A stretch of 64,000 bases of DNA, from contig CAWBBV010000002.1 in NCBI GenBank assembly GCA_963787125.1, positions 32,001 through 96,000 of the forward strand, read 5' to 3'. The number at the start of each line of letters is the position of its first letter. Position 1 is the first letter of the stretch. The stretch is from an uncultured delta proteobacterium (GTDB lineage: Bacteria; Desulfobacterota; Desulfuromonadia; Geobacterales; DSM-12255). Made by a program: the position numbers and the translations under genes. Positions 20,799 through 29,940 of the stretch are shown one piece after another. The notes beneath the pieces were generated by a model. The model was not told the origin of the DNA, made no database searches, and saw only the letters and a list, made by a program, of their open reading frames with translations.

Positions 20799-21746
20799 TC
20801 ACAAAATGGCGTTGAACAGATAGCCGACAATGACAATCGCCGTGGCAACAATGCCAAAAAAAGTCGCCAGCAGCGGTCTCTTCAGCACGTTGCTGAGGAT
20901 GATCGCCTCCGGAAAAGAGAGCGCGGTGACCGCCATCATGAAAGCCAGCACCGTGCCGATTGCCATCCCCTTTTCCATCAGGGCGTGCACAATGGGGATC
21001 ACCCCGGCGGCGTTACTGTAAAGCGGCACGCCCAGAGCCACTGCCAATGGCACGGCAAAGAAATTGTCCCGCCCGGCCCAGCGTGCCAGAAAGTCTGTCG
21101 GCACGTAGCCATGGATGAAGGCGCCCAGGCCGACACCGACGACCACATAGGGCCAGATCTTTTTCAAAAGACCCAGAGTGTATTCACGGGCATAATCCAG
21201 TTTCTCCCGCCAGGTCATGGTCTTGATCTCACTGCTGCCGACCTGCATCTCCCAGACATAGTCCTGAACATATTTTTCCATTTTCAGCTTGCCGATGATA
21301 ATGCCGGCAATAATCGCCACCAAGAGGCCGGAGCCAATGTAGATCAGGGCAATCTTCCAGCCGAACAGCCCCCAGAGCATGATCAGCGCCACCTCGTTCA
21401 CCATTGGCGAGGAGATCAGGAAGGAGAAGGTGACCCCAAGAGGAACGCCGGACTCGACAAAGCCGATGAACAGCGGCACCGCCGAACAGGAGCAAAAAGG
21501 GGTAACAATGCCGAGCAGGGCGGCCAGGACGTTGCCAACATATTCCCGCTTGCGTGAAAGCAAGCGCTTGGTCTTTTCGGGAGGAAAGGACGACCGGATG
21601 ATTGCCACTGCGAAGATAATGGTAGTGAGCAATAGGAAAATCTTGAGCGTATCGTAGATGAAGAAATTAAGCGCTTCACCGCCGCGACTGCCGGGGGCAA
21701 GTCCCCCAAGAGTGAAGACAAGATAATCTGCCAGTGACTTCAGCAT
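20799..21746 (-). CDS. ArsP/DUF318-family permease
   Basis: TPFCSCSAVP, LISSPMVN, GVPLY, SFPE. Confidence 0.88.
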   Translation of the reverse strand: MLKSLADYLVFTLGGLAPGSRGGEALNFFIYDTLKIFLLLTTIIFAVAIIRSSFPPEKTKRLLSRKREYVGNVLAALLGIVTPFCSCSAVPLFIGFVESGVPLGVTFSFLISSPMVNEVALIMLWGLFGWKIALIYIGSGLLVAIIAGIIIGKLKMEKYVQDYVWEMQVGSSEIKTMTWREKLDYAREYTLGLLKKIWPYVVVGVGLGAFIHGYVPTDFLARWAGRDNFFAVPLAVALGVPLYSNAAGVIPIVHALMEKGMAIGTVLAFMMAVTALSFPEAIILSNVLKRPLLATFFGIVATAIVIVGYLFNAIL

Positions 21747-21747
21747 G

Positions 21748-22071
21748 TCAGACCCTCTTCGCCGAATTGATTATGCCGGTTCTAACCGTTAGCTCGCACT
21801 TAACGATCTCTTCAGCCCGATCAATAATTTCAAACACTTCAGAATGCTTGACCTCATAATAGATTTTTACCCCCTCCTTGCGCCGGGCAAGGATGCCGTG
21901 GGTCTGCATGTAGGAAAGATGGCGGGAAGTATTGGACTGTTCCTCGTCAATAGCGGGAAAAATCTCGCAGACGCAGCGCTCGCCGTTGCGGAGGAAATCG
22001 ATTATTTTAAGGCGGGTTGGCTGGGCCAGGGATTTCAGAACATCGGCAAGAAAATTGGCTGCTGAACTCAT
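21748..22071 (-). CDS. ArsR/SmtB regulator
   Basis: KSLAQPTRLKI, ERCVCEI, QSNTSRHL. Confidence 0.9.
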   Translation of the reverse strand: MSSAANFLADVLKSLAQPTRLKIIDFLRNGERCVCEIFPAIDEEQSNTSRHLSYMQTHGILARRKEGVKIYYEVKHSEVFEIIDRAEEIVKCELTVRTGIINSAKRV

Positions 22072-22077
22072 GGGACA

Positions 22078-22131
22078 CTCCATTGATATATGACTATATA
22101 ATCATATATCAATGGAGACGGGGATTGTCAA
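22078..22131 (-). promoter_or_regulatory. Sigma70-type promoter overlapped by a perfect 16-bp inverted repeat (probable ArsR operator)
   Basis: CTCCATTGATATATGA-N8-TCATATATCAATGGAG (22078-22117); TTGACA at 22131-22126 on the minus strand. Confidence 0.75.
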
Positions 22132-22145
22132 TGGGTAGATGGTTT

Positions 22146-23036
22146 TTAGTCTGAGATCGGCAGCAGGAAGCGACCGATATAGTTCTTGGCAAACTGGTAA
22201 GCAGTCCGGCCACAGCGTTTGCTTTTGTCGTGGGACCACTTGATTGCCTCACTCTCCAGCTCACTGGTGATAGGAATCTCCACCCCGCGCTCACGCGCTT
22301 CCCTGGTTATGGAGAGGCGCACCGCGTCCATATAGCGGTCCTGGGAAAAGGCGTAAAAGGCTACCCAGAGACCAAAACGGTCGGAGAGGGAAACCTTCTC
22401 TTCCATGGCTTCGCTCTGCTGCATTTCGCCGTTGACGAATTTCCCCCCCAAATGGTCAGTTTCATACTCGGGGAGCAGATGGCGGCGGTTGGAGGTGACG
22501 TATATCAGCACGTTTTCCGGTGGTGAGTAGACCGAACCGTCCAGGGCGCTCTTCAGCATCTTGTAGGATAGTTCCCCGACTTCAAAAGTCAGATCGTCGC
22601 AGAGAAGGATAAAGCGGTAGGGCTGGTCTTCGACGGAGTTGAAGATCTCCGACAGATAGATCAGATCCTCTTTCTCAATCTGGATAATCCTCAAGCCTTT
22701 TTTGGCATAGGTGTTCAGGAGAGCTTTTACTATAGAAGACTTGCCGGAACCACGGGAGCCCCAGAGAAGAGCATTGTTTGCCGGCAGTCCGGCCAGGAAC
22801 TGGCGGGTGTTATGAATCATCACCTTTTTTTGTTCTTCCACTCCCAGAAGCTCATCCATGGTGGTGGTATCGGTCACCTTGACCGGCTCCAGATAACCGG
22901 AGAAGGAGTGACGCCGCCAGTTGGCAGCGTAACAGCTGGACCAGTCAACCGGTTTGACAAGTTTGGGGAGGAGCATCTCTACGGAACTTAAGACACGCTC
23001 CAGACGAGCAACAACATCGGGCTTCAGGTTGAACAT
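22146..23036 (-). CDS. DUF815-type AAA+ ATPase
   Basis: NNALLWGSRGSGKSS, LCDDLTF, TSNRRHL, EEKVSLSDRFGL. Confidence 0.9.
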   Translation of the reverse strand: MFNLKPDVVARLERVLSSVEMLLPKLVKPVDWSSCYAANWRRHSFSGYLEPVKVTDTTTMDELLGVEEQKKVMIHNTRQFLAGLPANNALLWGSRGSGKSSIVKALLNTYAKKGLRIIQIEKEDLIYLSEIFNSVEDQPYRFILLCDDLTFEVGELSYKMLKSALDGSVYSPPENVLIYVTSNRRHLLPEYETDHLGGKFVNGEMQQSEAMEEKVSLSDRFGLWVAFYAFSQDRYMDAVRLSITREARERGVEIPITSELESEAIKWSHDKSKRCGRTAYQFAKNYIGRFLLPISD

Positions 23037-23311
23037 TGAATTTTCTCTCTTTAATTTAGAATTATGGCTTGGGAAAGGGAGGTCGCGAGGGTATTCCGGA
23101 TGAGCCGCTACAAGTTTGCAGAAGTGAATATATACGCTATTCGGCAACAGCTTGTCAAACTGGAAAGCGTTTGAATCCGGCAGGTTAAACAATCATCATC
23201 TTGTGATGGCCTGGATGCTGGCTGGCTGCTTGCCCGAAAAATCCTTCATAATGACGTAATGTATTGCATGTCATTATAGTCTGGCATAAAATATATGGCA
23301 GGAGGTGTGCC

Positions 23312-23581
23312 ATGAAAACTGCTGTAGCGCATAATTTCCACGTCCCCTTGCCCGCCGGTGTATACAGTCGCCTGAGGTCAGAGGCAGAACGTCAACACAA
23401 ACCTGCCACGCAAATAGTGAAGCAGGTCGTTGAAGACTGGCTTGATGAGCAGGAAAAACTGATCCTGCATGAAGAGATTGCACGTTATGCCGCGGAAGAG
23501 GCTGGAACCGGCGATGATCTGGACGAACAGCTGGAAGCTACAGGCCTGGAACATGTTAATATCAGCGAGAAGCAGCCATGA
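23312..23581 (+). CDS. Putative antitoxin (RHH-like N-terminus, acidic tail)
   Basis: GGAGG RBS; ATGA overlap with the toxin; upstream IR ATAATGAC...GTCATTAT. Confidence 0.75.
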   Translation: MKTAVAHNFHVPLPAGVYSRLRSEAERQHKPATQIVKQVVEDWLDEQEKLILHEEIARYAAEEAGTGDDLDEQLEATGLEHVNISEKQP

Positions 23582-23934
23582 AGCGGGGTGACATCTATTG
23601 GGCCATGCTTTCACCCCGTTCCGGTTCAGAGCAGAGTGGCCGCAGACCTGTCATAATCCTTTCCCACGATGCATTCAATCAGGCACCTGCCTGGCGTTCC
23701 ATTATAGTTGTGCCTCTTTCGACCTCGGCTACACAGGCGCGGCGCGGTCCGACCGTGGTTGCACTAGCTGCCGGTACGGGCGGACTGCCCGGCGAAAGCA
23801 GTGCGCTCTGCCACCAGATCACTACCGTTGACAGGGCAAAGTTGACAGAGAAAATAGGCGCACTTTCAGCGGACATAATGGCCATGGTAGAGCAGGCGCT
23901 ACTTGCAGCAGTGGATATTAGAAAAGGTGGCTGA
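23578..23934 (+). CDS. PemK/MazF-family toxin
   Basis: MKRGDIYW...GSEQSGRRPVIILS, VVPLST, QITTVD. Confidence 0.92.
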   Translation: MKRGDIYWAMLSPRSGSEQSGRRPVIILSHDAFNQAPAWRSIIVVPLSTSATQARRGPTVVALAAGTGGLPGESSALCHQITTVDRAKLTEKIGALSADIMAMVEQALLAAVDIRKGG

Positions 23935-23984
23935 AGATATCTGGAGTCAGCCGTAATACCCGATAATATGTACCCGATTAAATG

Positions 23985-24021
23985 AAAAGCCCTGTCAGAT
24001 AAGTTCTGGCGGGGCTTTTTT
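23985..24021. terminator. Bidirectional terminator
   Basis: AAAAGCCCTGTCAGA...TCTGGCGGGGCTTTTTT. Confidence 0.75.
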
Positions 24022-24039
24022 GTTCTATTTATTCGATTT

Positions 24040-24381
24040 TCAATCGTTATGCCGGGTGGCATTGGTGGTTATCTTTAGGATGCTTTCCTGAATTTCCTTG
24101 TTGGGGATGGCACGGTAGGAGTCGAGGAGTAGTTTTTCGGAAGTATTCAGTGGCAACACTTCTTCACCAGTCATAAAGAATTCCTGGACTGGCACGGAGA
24201 GGGCGTTTGCCAGCAGTTGCAGTTTTTCCGTGTCTATTCCATCTATCCCGTATTCGTACTTCTGCAGCTGATTTCTTGATACTCCGATGACTTCAGCAAG
24301 GCTTTCTTGCGTGAAACCTGCCTGTTTTCGCAGGTTCTTAAGCTTTTCACCAATTTCAATATTTGAAAGGATCTTTACCAT
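24040..24381 (-). CDS. XRE-family HTH regulator
   Basis: IGEKLKNLRKQAGFTQESLAEVIGVSRNQLQKYE. Confidence 0.88.
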   Translation of the reverse strand: MVKILSNIEIGEKLKNLRKQAGFTQESLAEVIGVSRNQLQKYEYGIDGIDTEKLQLLANALSVPVQEFFMTGEEVLPLNTSEKLLLDSYRAIPNKEIQESILKITTNATRHND

Positions 24382-24529
24382 GTGCGCCTCTTTTCGGGTG
24401 GAGCATACCCCGAGGCGCTTGCGGGCTAAACACACTAGTAAATGGCAGTATAAGCAAACTTGTAGTGTGCAATAATGGCATATCTGTGGTATCTGTTAGC
24501 GACTTACAATCCGCTGGAGATACCTCTTT

Positions 24530-27070
24530 ATGTCTGCCAAAGAAGCCACAGCCAGGATCAAGATAAACAAACTGCTGGAAGCGGCCGGCTGGCGGTTCTT
24601 TGCCGAGGGCACAGCACCGGCAAACATCCGCCTTGAGCCCGGCGTCACCCTAAAAAAGACCGATATTGACGCCCTCGGCGAGAATTTCGAGAAAGCGGCG
24701 AAGGGATTTATCGACTTCCTGCTGCTCAACGAAAAAGGCTTCCCCTTTATCGTTCTCGAAGCCAAGGCCGAAGACAAGAGCCCGCTGGTGGGCAAGGAAC
24801 AGGCGCGCAAATACGCCCGTTCCCAGAACTGCCGCTTCGTCATCCTTTCCAATGGCAACCTCCATTACTTCTGGGATCTGGAGCGGGGCAATCCCTACAT
24901 CATCACCTCCTTCCCGACACCGGAGTCCGTCACGGGGTATCAGAAAACCGTTCCCGATGCCAAGCGCCTTGTAGCTGAACTCGTTGCCGACGACTACGTC
25001 GTGCTCACCCAGCGCCCCGGTTATGCCGCCGAAGCCGCCTGGAAGAGCGAGGCCGAGCGCCCCGGCTTCATCGACGCTAACGGCCTCCGTTTCCTCCGCC
25101 CCTATCAGCTGAAAGCCATCTTCGCCCTGCAAACCGCTGTCAAGGAAGGCAAGGACCGTTTTCTCTTCGAGATGGCCACCGGCACCGGCAAGACGCTCAC
25201 TGCGGCGGCGGTTATCAAACTCTTTCTGCGCACCGGCAATTCCCGGCGGGTGCTCTTCCTTGTAGACCGGCTGGAGCTGGAAGACCAGGCCAAGAAAGCG
25301 TTCGTCAAGGTCCTTGCCAACGATTACCAGGCCGTCATCTACAAGGAAAACCGCGATGAGTGGCACCGGGCGGAAATTGTCGTCACCACCGTGCAGTCGC
25401 TCCTGTTCAACAACAAGTACCGACAGCTCTTCTCCCCCACCGACTTCGATCTGGTGATCTCCGATGAAGCGCACCGCTCCATCGGCGGCAATGCCCGCGC
25501 AGTGTTCGACTACTTCATCGGCTACAAACTGGGGCTGACCGCCACACCGCGGGATTACCTGAAGAAGTTCGACAAGGCTAAAACTACCAGTAGAGACCCG
25601 CGCGAGCTGGAACGCCGGTTGCTGCTCGACACCTACCGCACCTTCGGCTGCGATGACGGCCAGCCCACCTACCGTTACTCCCTGCTGGACGGGGTGAGGG
25701 ACGGTTTTCTCGTCAATCCAACGGTGGTGGACGCCCGCAGCGATATCACCACCCAGCTGCTGTCGGAAAATGGTTTCATCGTCGAATTCACCGACGATCA
25801 GGGAGACGATCAAAAAGAAACCTTCAAGCAGCGGGAGTTCGAGAAACGGTTCTTTGCCGAAGCAACCAACCAGCTCTTCTGCAAGACCTTTCTGGAAAAC
25901 GCCCTGCGCGATCCGGTCAGCGGTGAAATCGGCAAATCAATCGTCTTTGCAGTCAGTCAGCATCATGCCGCCAAGCTGGCGCAGATTCTCAATCAGATGG
26001 CCGACCGGATGTTTCCCGGCAGATACCAGTCCGATTTTGCCGTGCAGGTCACCTCCCAGGTGGACGGGGCGCAGCAGCACACCATCAACTTCACCAACAA
26101 CAAGCTGCTCGGCTCGGCCAACTTCCTCACTGCCTACCGGACCAGCAAGGCCCGCGTCTGCGTCACCGTCGGTATGATGACAACCGGCTACGACTGCCCC
26201 GACCTGCTCAACCTGGGGCTGTTCCGGCCGATCTTTTCCCCCACCGACTTCATCCAGATCAAGGGACGCGGCACCCGCAAACACAACTTTCTCGAAGAAC
26301 TCTTTGACGACGATGTGAAAGAGACCGTCAGGGAGCCGCGCAAAACCTCATTTAAACTGTTCGATTTCTTCGCCAACTGTGAATACTTCGAAGAAGAGTA
26401 CAACTACGACGAAGTGCTCAAGCTGCCAAAGCCGCAAGGAAAGTGGGCTGACACGGGTGGCGGCACCGGTCCGGGCGTTTCGGCCGGAACCTACGAGCAC
26501 CTCGGCGCGGATATTCTCGCCACCATCAAGGAAGCGGCCATCGGCTACGAGGGGATGAAGATCGACCGGATGTTCTACGAGAAATTCGAGGAAACCGTGC
26601 GCGAGAACCCTGTCATCGTCGAGGCTGTCGAGGCGGGCCAGTGGGACCGGGTCATCGACTATGTCAACCGGGAGGTGTTCGACAAGCCGCAGGAATATTA
26701 CACCCTGGACAAGCTCCGCCGGGCCGCTGCCGTGGACCGTCGCCTCGGCCTGCGGGAAATTCTCGAAAAGATCTTCGGGCTCATTCCCCGTTTCAAGTCC
26801 AAGGATGAACTGCTGGAAGAGGAGTTTGCCAAGTTCATCGCCGACTACAAACCGGCGGAAGCAGAGGCGATTCCGGCGCTGAAGAACTACTTCAAAGCCT
26901 ACGTCACCAATGGCAGGATCCGCTACATCATCGACAGCGGTGAGCTGACCGACCTTGCCACCAACGCCTTCTTCTCCACCCGCGATCTGCGGGCCGTGCC
27001 GCCGAAATACCGCACGCTGATCCCCGATTACATCAAGGACTATGTGCCTCTGAACCAATTCACTGCCTAA
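24530..27070 (+). CDS. hsdR: Type I restriction endonuclease R subunit
   Basis: ID..LEAK..QARKYA nuclease motif, LRPYQ, MATGTGKT, DEAHRS, LTATP, QIKGRGTR. Confidence 0.9.
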   Translation: MSAKEATARIKINKLLEAAGWRFFAEGTAPANIRLEPGVTLKKTDIDALGENFEKAAKGFIDFLLLNEKGFPFIVLEAKAEDKSPLVGKEQARKYARSQNCRFVILSNGNLHYFWDLERGNPYIITSFPTPESVTGYQKTVPDAKRLVAELVADDYVVLTQRPGYAAEAAWKSEAERPGFIDANGLRFLRPYQLKAIFALQTAVKEGKDRFLFEMATGTGKTLTAAAVIKLFLRTGNSRRVLFLVDRLELEDQAKKAFVKVLANDYQAVIYKENRDEWHRAEIVVTTVQSLLFNNKYRQLFSPTDFDLVISDEAHRSIGGNARAVFDYFIGYKLGLTATPRDYLKKFDKAKTTSRDPRELERRLLLDTYRTFGCDDGQPTYRYSLLDGVRDGFLVNPTVVDARSDITTQLLSENGFIVEFTDDQGDDQKETFKQREFEKRFFAEATNQLFCKTFLENALRDPVSGEIGKSIVFAVSQHHAAKLAQILNQMADRMFPGRYQSDFAVQVTSQVDGAQQHTINFTNNKLLGSANFLTAYRTSKARVCVTVGMMTTGYDCPDLLNLGLFRPIFSPTDFIQIKGRGTRKHNFLEELFDDDVKETVREPRKTSFKLFDFFANCEYFEEEYNYDEVLKLPKPQGKWADTGGGTGPGVSAGTYEHLGADILATIKEAAIGYEGMKIDRMFYEKFEETVRENPVIVEAVEAGQWDRVIDYVNREVFDKPQEYYTLDKLRRAAAVDRRLGLREILEKIFGLIPRFKSKDELLEEEFAKFIADYKPAEAEAIPALKNYFKAYVTNGRIRYIIDSGELTDLATNAFFSTRDLRAVPPKYRTLIPDYIKDYVPLNQFTA

Positions 27071-27079
27071 AGGAACCAG

Positions 27080-29596
27080 ATGCTCGACACCGCAACCAAA
27101 CGCCGCATCGATACCGCCCGCGACATCCTGGTCGGTAAAGTGCCCGACCCGAAATCACAAGTGGAACAGATCACCATCGCCCTCATTTACAAGTTCATGG
27201 ACGACATGGACGCCGAAGCCGAAGAGCTGGGGGGGAAGCGTAAATTCTTCACCGGCGACTTTGCCCGCTTCGGCTGGGCCAAGCTGATGAGCCCCGGCAT
27301 CGGCGGCCATGAACTGATCGGTCTCTACGGCGAGGGTATCGCCACCATGCCGCAGAATCCTGGCATCCCCGCCCTGTTTCGCGACATCTTCAAGAACGCC
27401 TATCTCCCCTATCGCGACCCGGAGACCCTGAAGAGCTTTCTCAAGATCATCAACGAATTCGAGTATGACCACTCCGAGCGCCTCGGCGACGCCTTCGAAT
27501 ACCTGCTCTCCGTCCTCGGCTCCCAGGGTGATGCCGGCCAGTTCCGCACCCCGCGCCACATCATCGACTTCATGGTGGAGATCATCGCCCCACAGAAAGG
27601 CGAGGTGATTCTCGACCCTGCCTGTGGCACCGCCGGGTTTCTCATCTCTGCCTACAAGCACATCCTCCGGACTAACAGCGATGCCAAGGGGCACAGCACC
27701 TTGACGCCTGACGAAAAGGGGCGCCTTGCCACCAGTTTCAAGGGGTATGACATCTCGCCGGACATGGTGCGCCTCTCCCTGGTGAACCTCTATCTGCATG
27801 GCTTCACCGAACCGCACATCTACGAATACGACACCCTCACCAGCCAGGATCGCTGGAACGAATACGCCGACGTCATCCTCGCCAATCCGCCCTTCATGTC
27901 GCCGAAAGGGGGGATCAAACCGCATAAGCGCTTCTCTATCCAGGCCAAGCGGAGCGAAGTGCTCTTCGTGGACTACATGGCCGAGCACCTCACCCCCACT
28001 GGCCGCGCCGCCATCATCGTGCCTGAGGGGATTATCTTCCAGAGCCAGTCCTCCTATACCGAGCTGCGCAGGATGCTGGTGGAGAATAGTCTGGTGGCCG
28101 TGGTCTCCCTGCCCGCCGGGGTGTTTCAGCCCTACTCCGGCGTAAAGACCTCCATCCTCATACTCGACAGATTCCTCGCCAGGCAGGCGCAGACTGTCGC
28201 TTTCTTCAAGGTGGAGAACGACGGTTTTGGTCTTGGCGCGCAGCGGCGGGCCTTCGACAAGAACGACCTGCCGCAAGTGCAGATCGAGCTAAACGCTTAC
28301 CTACTGGCTCTGCGCAACTGGCAGCCCGTTGATGAACTGCAACTGAACTGCGGCCTGATCGTGGCGAAAGAGAAGGTTGCGGCGAATGGGGATTATAACC
28401 TGAGTGGGGAGCGGTATCGGGAGGTGAAATCTCAAACTTCGAATTATGCGACAGTTCCAATTGGCGACATTTGCGAACTCTTCAATGGTCGTGCGTTCAA
28501 GCCAGAAAATTGGGAAGACTCAGGTAGCGGAGGAGTTCCGATTGTCCGAATCCAGAACCTTAACAATCCTGATAGTACCTTCAATTACTACACTGGCGAA
28601 GTAAGCGAGAGAAACACGATTAATAACGGGGAACTTCTTTTCTCGTGGTCAGGATCGCGTGGTACTTCTTTTGGCGCGCATATTTGGCGAGGTGCTAAGG
28701 CGGTTCTGAACCAGCACATCTTCAAAGTAGGTTTCGATGATAGCCGGGCAACCAAGATGTATTTGCTTCACGCTCTCAACAAGGCTGTGACCGAGGTTGA
28801 AGAGAATTTGCATGGCGGAGTGGGCCTCGTTCACATTACGAAGGGGAACCTTGAAAAGATTGAAATTCCCCTGCCGCCGCTGGATGTGCAGAAGGAGATC
28901 GTGGCGGAGATCGAGGGCTACCAGAAAGTCATTGACGGCGCCCGCTCCGTCCTCGACAACTACCGCCCTCACATCCCCATTCATTCTGATTGGCCGGTGG
29001 TGGAGTTGAGACAAGTCATTGAGGACAAGCCGAAGAACGGATACTCTGGCAAGCCAGTTGATCGTATCACGGGTTTAAAGGTTCTGTCTCTCAGTGCAAC
29101 AACATCAGGAACGCTTGACCTCACCAAGTTCAAATACCTAGACGAGGATATTGCGCTGAACTCTCCTTGCCGATGCCGAAAAGGAGATATCTATCTGCAA
29201 CGCGGGAATACTGCTGAATTGGTGGGCACAGCTGCTTTGTTCGATGTGGACGAGACAAACTTTATTTACCCCGATCTCATGATTCGGGTACGTGCTAACG
29301 AGTCTAAGCTACTGAGCAGATATCTACTGCATGTTCTTCAGAGTGATACAATCAGAGGTTTTTTGACTCGAAACGCTGTCGGTGCTGCCGGGAGTATGCC
29401 CAAGATCAATCAGGGCATTGTTGAACGTGTTCCAATCCCCCTCCCACCCCTCGCCACCCAGCAACGGATCGTCGCCGAGATTGAAGCCGAGCAGGCGCTT
29501 GTACGGGCTAACCGGGAGTTGATCGCCCGCTTCGAGAAGAAGATTCAAACCACCCTGGCGCGCGTTTGGGGCGAAGAAGAACCTGCCACAAAATGA
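27080..29596 (+). CDS. Fused type I m6A methyltransferase-specificity protein (HsdM-HsdS)
   Basis: GQFRTPR, DPACGTAGF and NPPF, followed by two TRDs each ending IPLPPL..Q..IVAEIE. Confidence 0.9.
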   Translation: MLDTATKRRIDTARDILVGKVPDPKSQVEQITIALIYKFMDDMDAEAEELGGKRKFFTGDFARFGWAKLMSPGIGGHELIGLYGEGIATMPQNPGIPALFRDIFKNAYLPYRDPETLKSFLKIINEFEYDHSERLGDAFEYLLSVLGSQGDAGQFRTPRHIIDFMVEIIAPQKGEVILDPACGTAGFLISAYKHILRTNSDAKGHSTLTPDEKGRLATSFKGYDISPDMVRLSLVNLYLHGFTEPHIYEYDTLTSQDRWNEYADVILANPPFMSPKGGIKPHKRFSIQAKRSEVLFVDYMAEHLTPTGRAAIIVPEGIIFQSQSSYTELRRMLVENSLVAVVSLPAGVFQPYSGVKTSILILDRFLARQAQTVAFFKVENDGFGLGAQRRAFDKNDLPQVQIELNAYLLALRNWQPVDELQLNCGLIVAKEKVAANGDYNLSGERYREVKSQTSNYATVPIGDICELFNGRAFKPENWEDSGSGGVPIVRIQNLNNPDSTFNYYTGEVSERNTINNGELLFSWSGSRGTSFGAHIWRGAKAVLNQHIFKVGFDDSRATKMYLLHALNKAVTEVEENLHGGVGLVHITKGNLEKIEIPLPPLDVQKEIVAEIEGYQKVIDGARSVLDNYRPHIPIHSDWPVVELRQVIEDKPKNGYSGKPVDRITGLKVLSLSATTSGTLDLTKFKYLDEDIALNSPCRCRKGDIYLQRGNTAELVGTAALFDVDETNFIYPDLMIRVRANESKLLSRYLLHVLQSDTIRGFLTRNAVGAAGSMPKINQGIVERVPIPLPPLATQQRIVAEIEAEQALVRANRELIARFEKKIQTTLARVWGEEEPATK

Positions 29597-29597
29597 T

Positions 29598-29622
29598 AAG
29601 GGGGACGATCATCGTCCCCCTT
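29598..29622. terminator. Hairpin between convergent genes
   Basis: AAGGGGGACGAT-c-ATCGTCCCCCTT. Confidence 0.7.
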
Positions 29623-29661
29623 TAGTTACCGCCCGTTAATTTCACTGAACTTCGCCCCTTT

Positions 29662-29829
29662 CTAGTCCTTCTTGCGCACGCCCTTGAACGGCGTTCCGTC
29701 CTGCTTCACATCCATGAAGAGGTTAGTGTTGTCATTGATCTTTACCCATTGCTCAGTTTTGGGATTAAAGACCTGATGACGGTCTATCACGGCTCCTTGA
29801 CGGAAACCTTCACCGGTGTTCTTGGCCAT
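29662..29829 (-). CDS. Small 55-aa protein missed by the ORF track
   Basis: MAKNTGEGFRQGAVIDRHQVFNPKTEQWVKINDNTNLFMDVKQDGTPFKGVRKKD*; strong RBS AGGAGGTGA; hairpin downstream. Confidence 0.8.
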   Translation of the reverse strand: MAKNTGEGFRQGAVIDRHQVFNPKTEQWVKINDNTNLFMDVKQDGTPFKGVRKKD

Positions 29830-29867
29830 TTTTTATCACCTCCTTGTGTAAAAAAAATGTTATCCTC

Positions 29868-29906
29868 AGTTGACAAATATAATTATTATTGTATTGTTTG
29901 TCAACT
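29868..29906. promoter_or_regulatory. Inverted repeat giving TTGACA on both strands (divergent promoters/operator)
   Basis: AGTTGACAAA-N19-TTTGTCAACT. Confidence 0.65.
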
Positions 29907-29940
29907 TTGATGACTCATAGAAACAAGAAAGGAAAAAACA

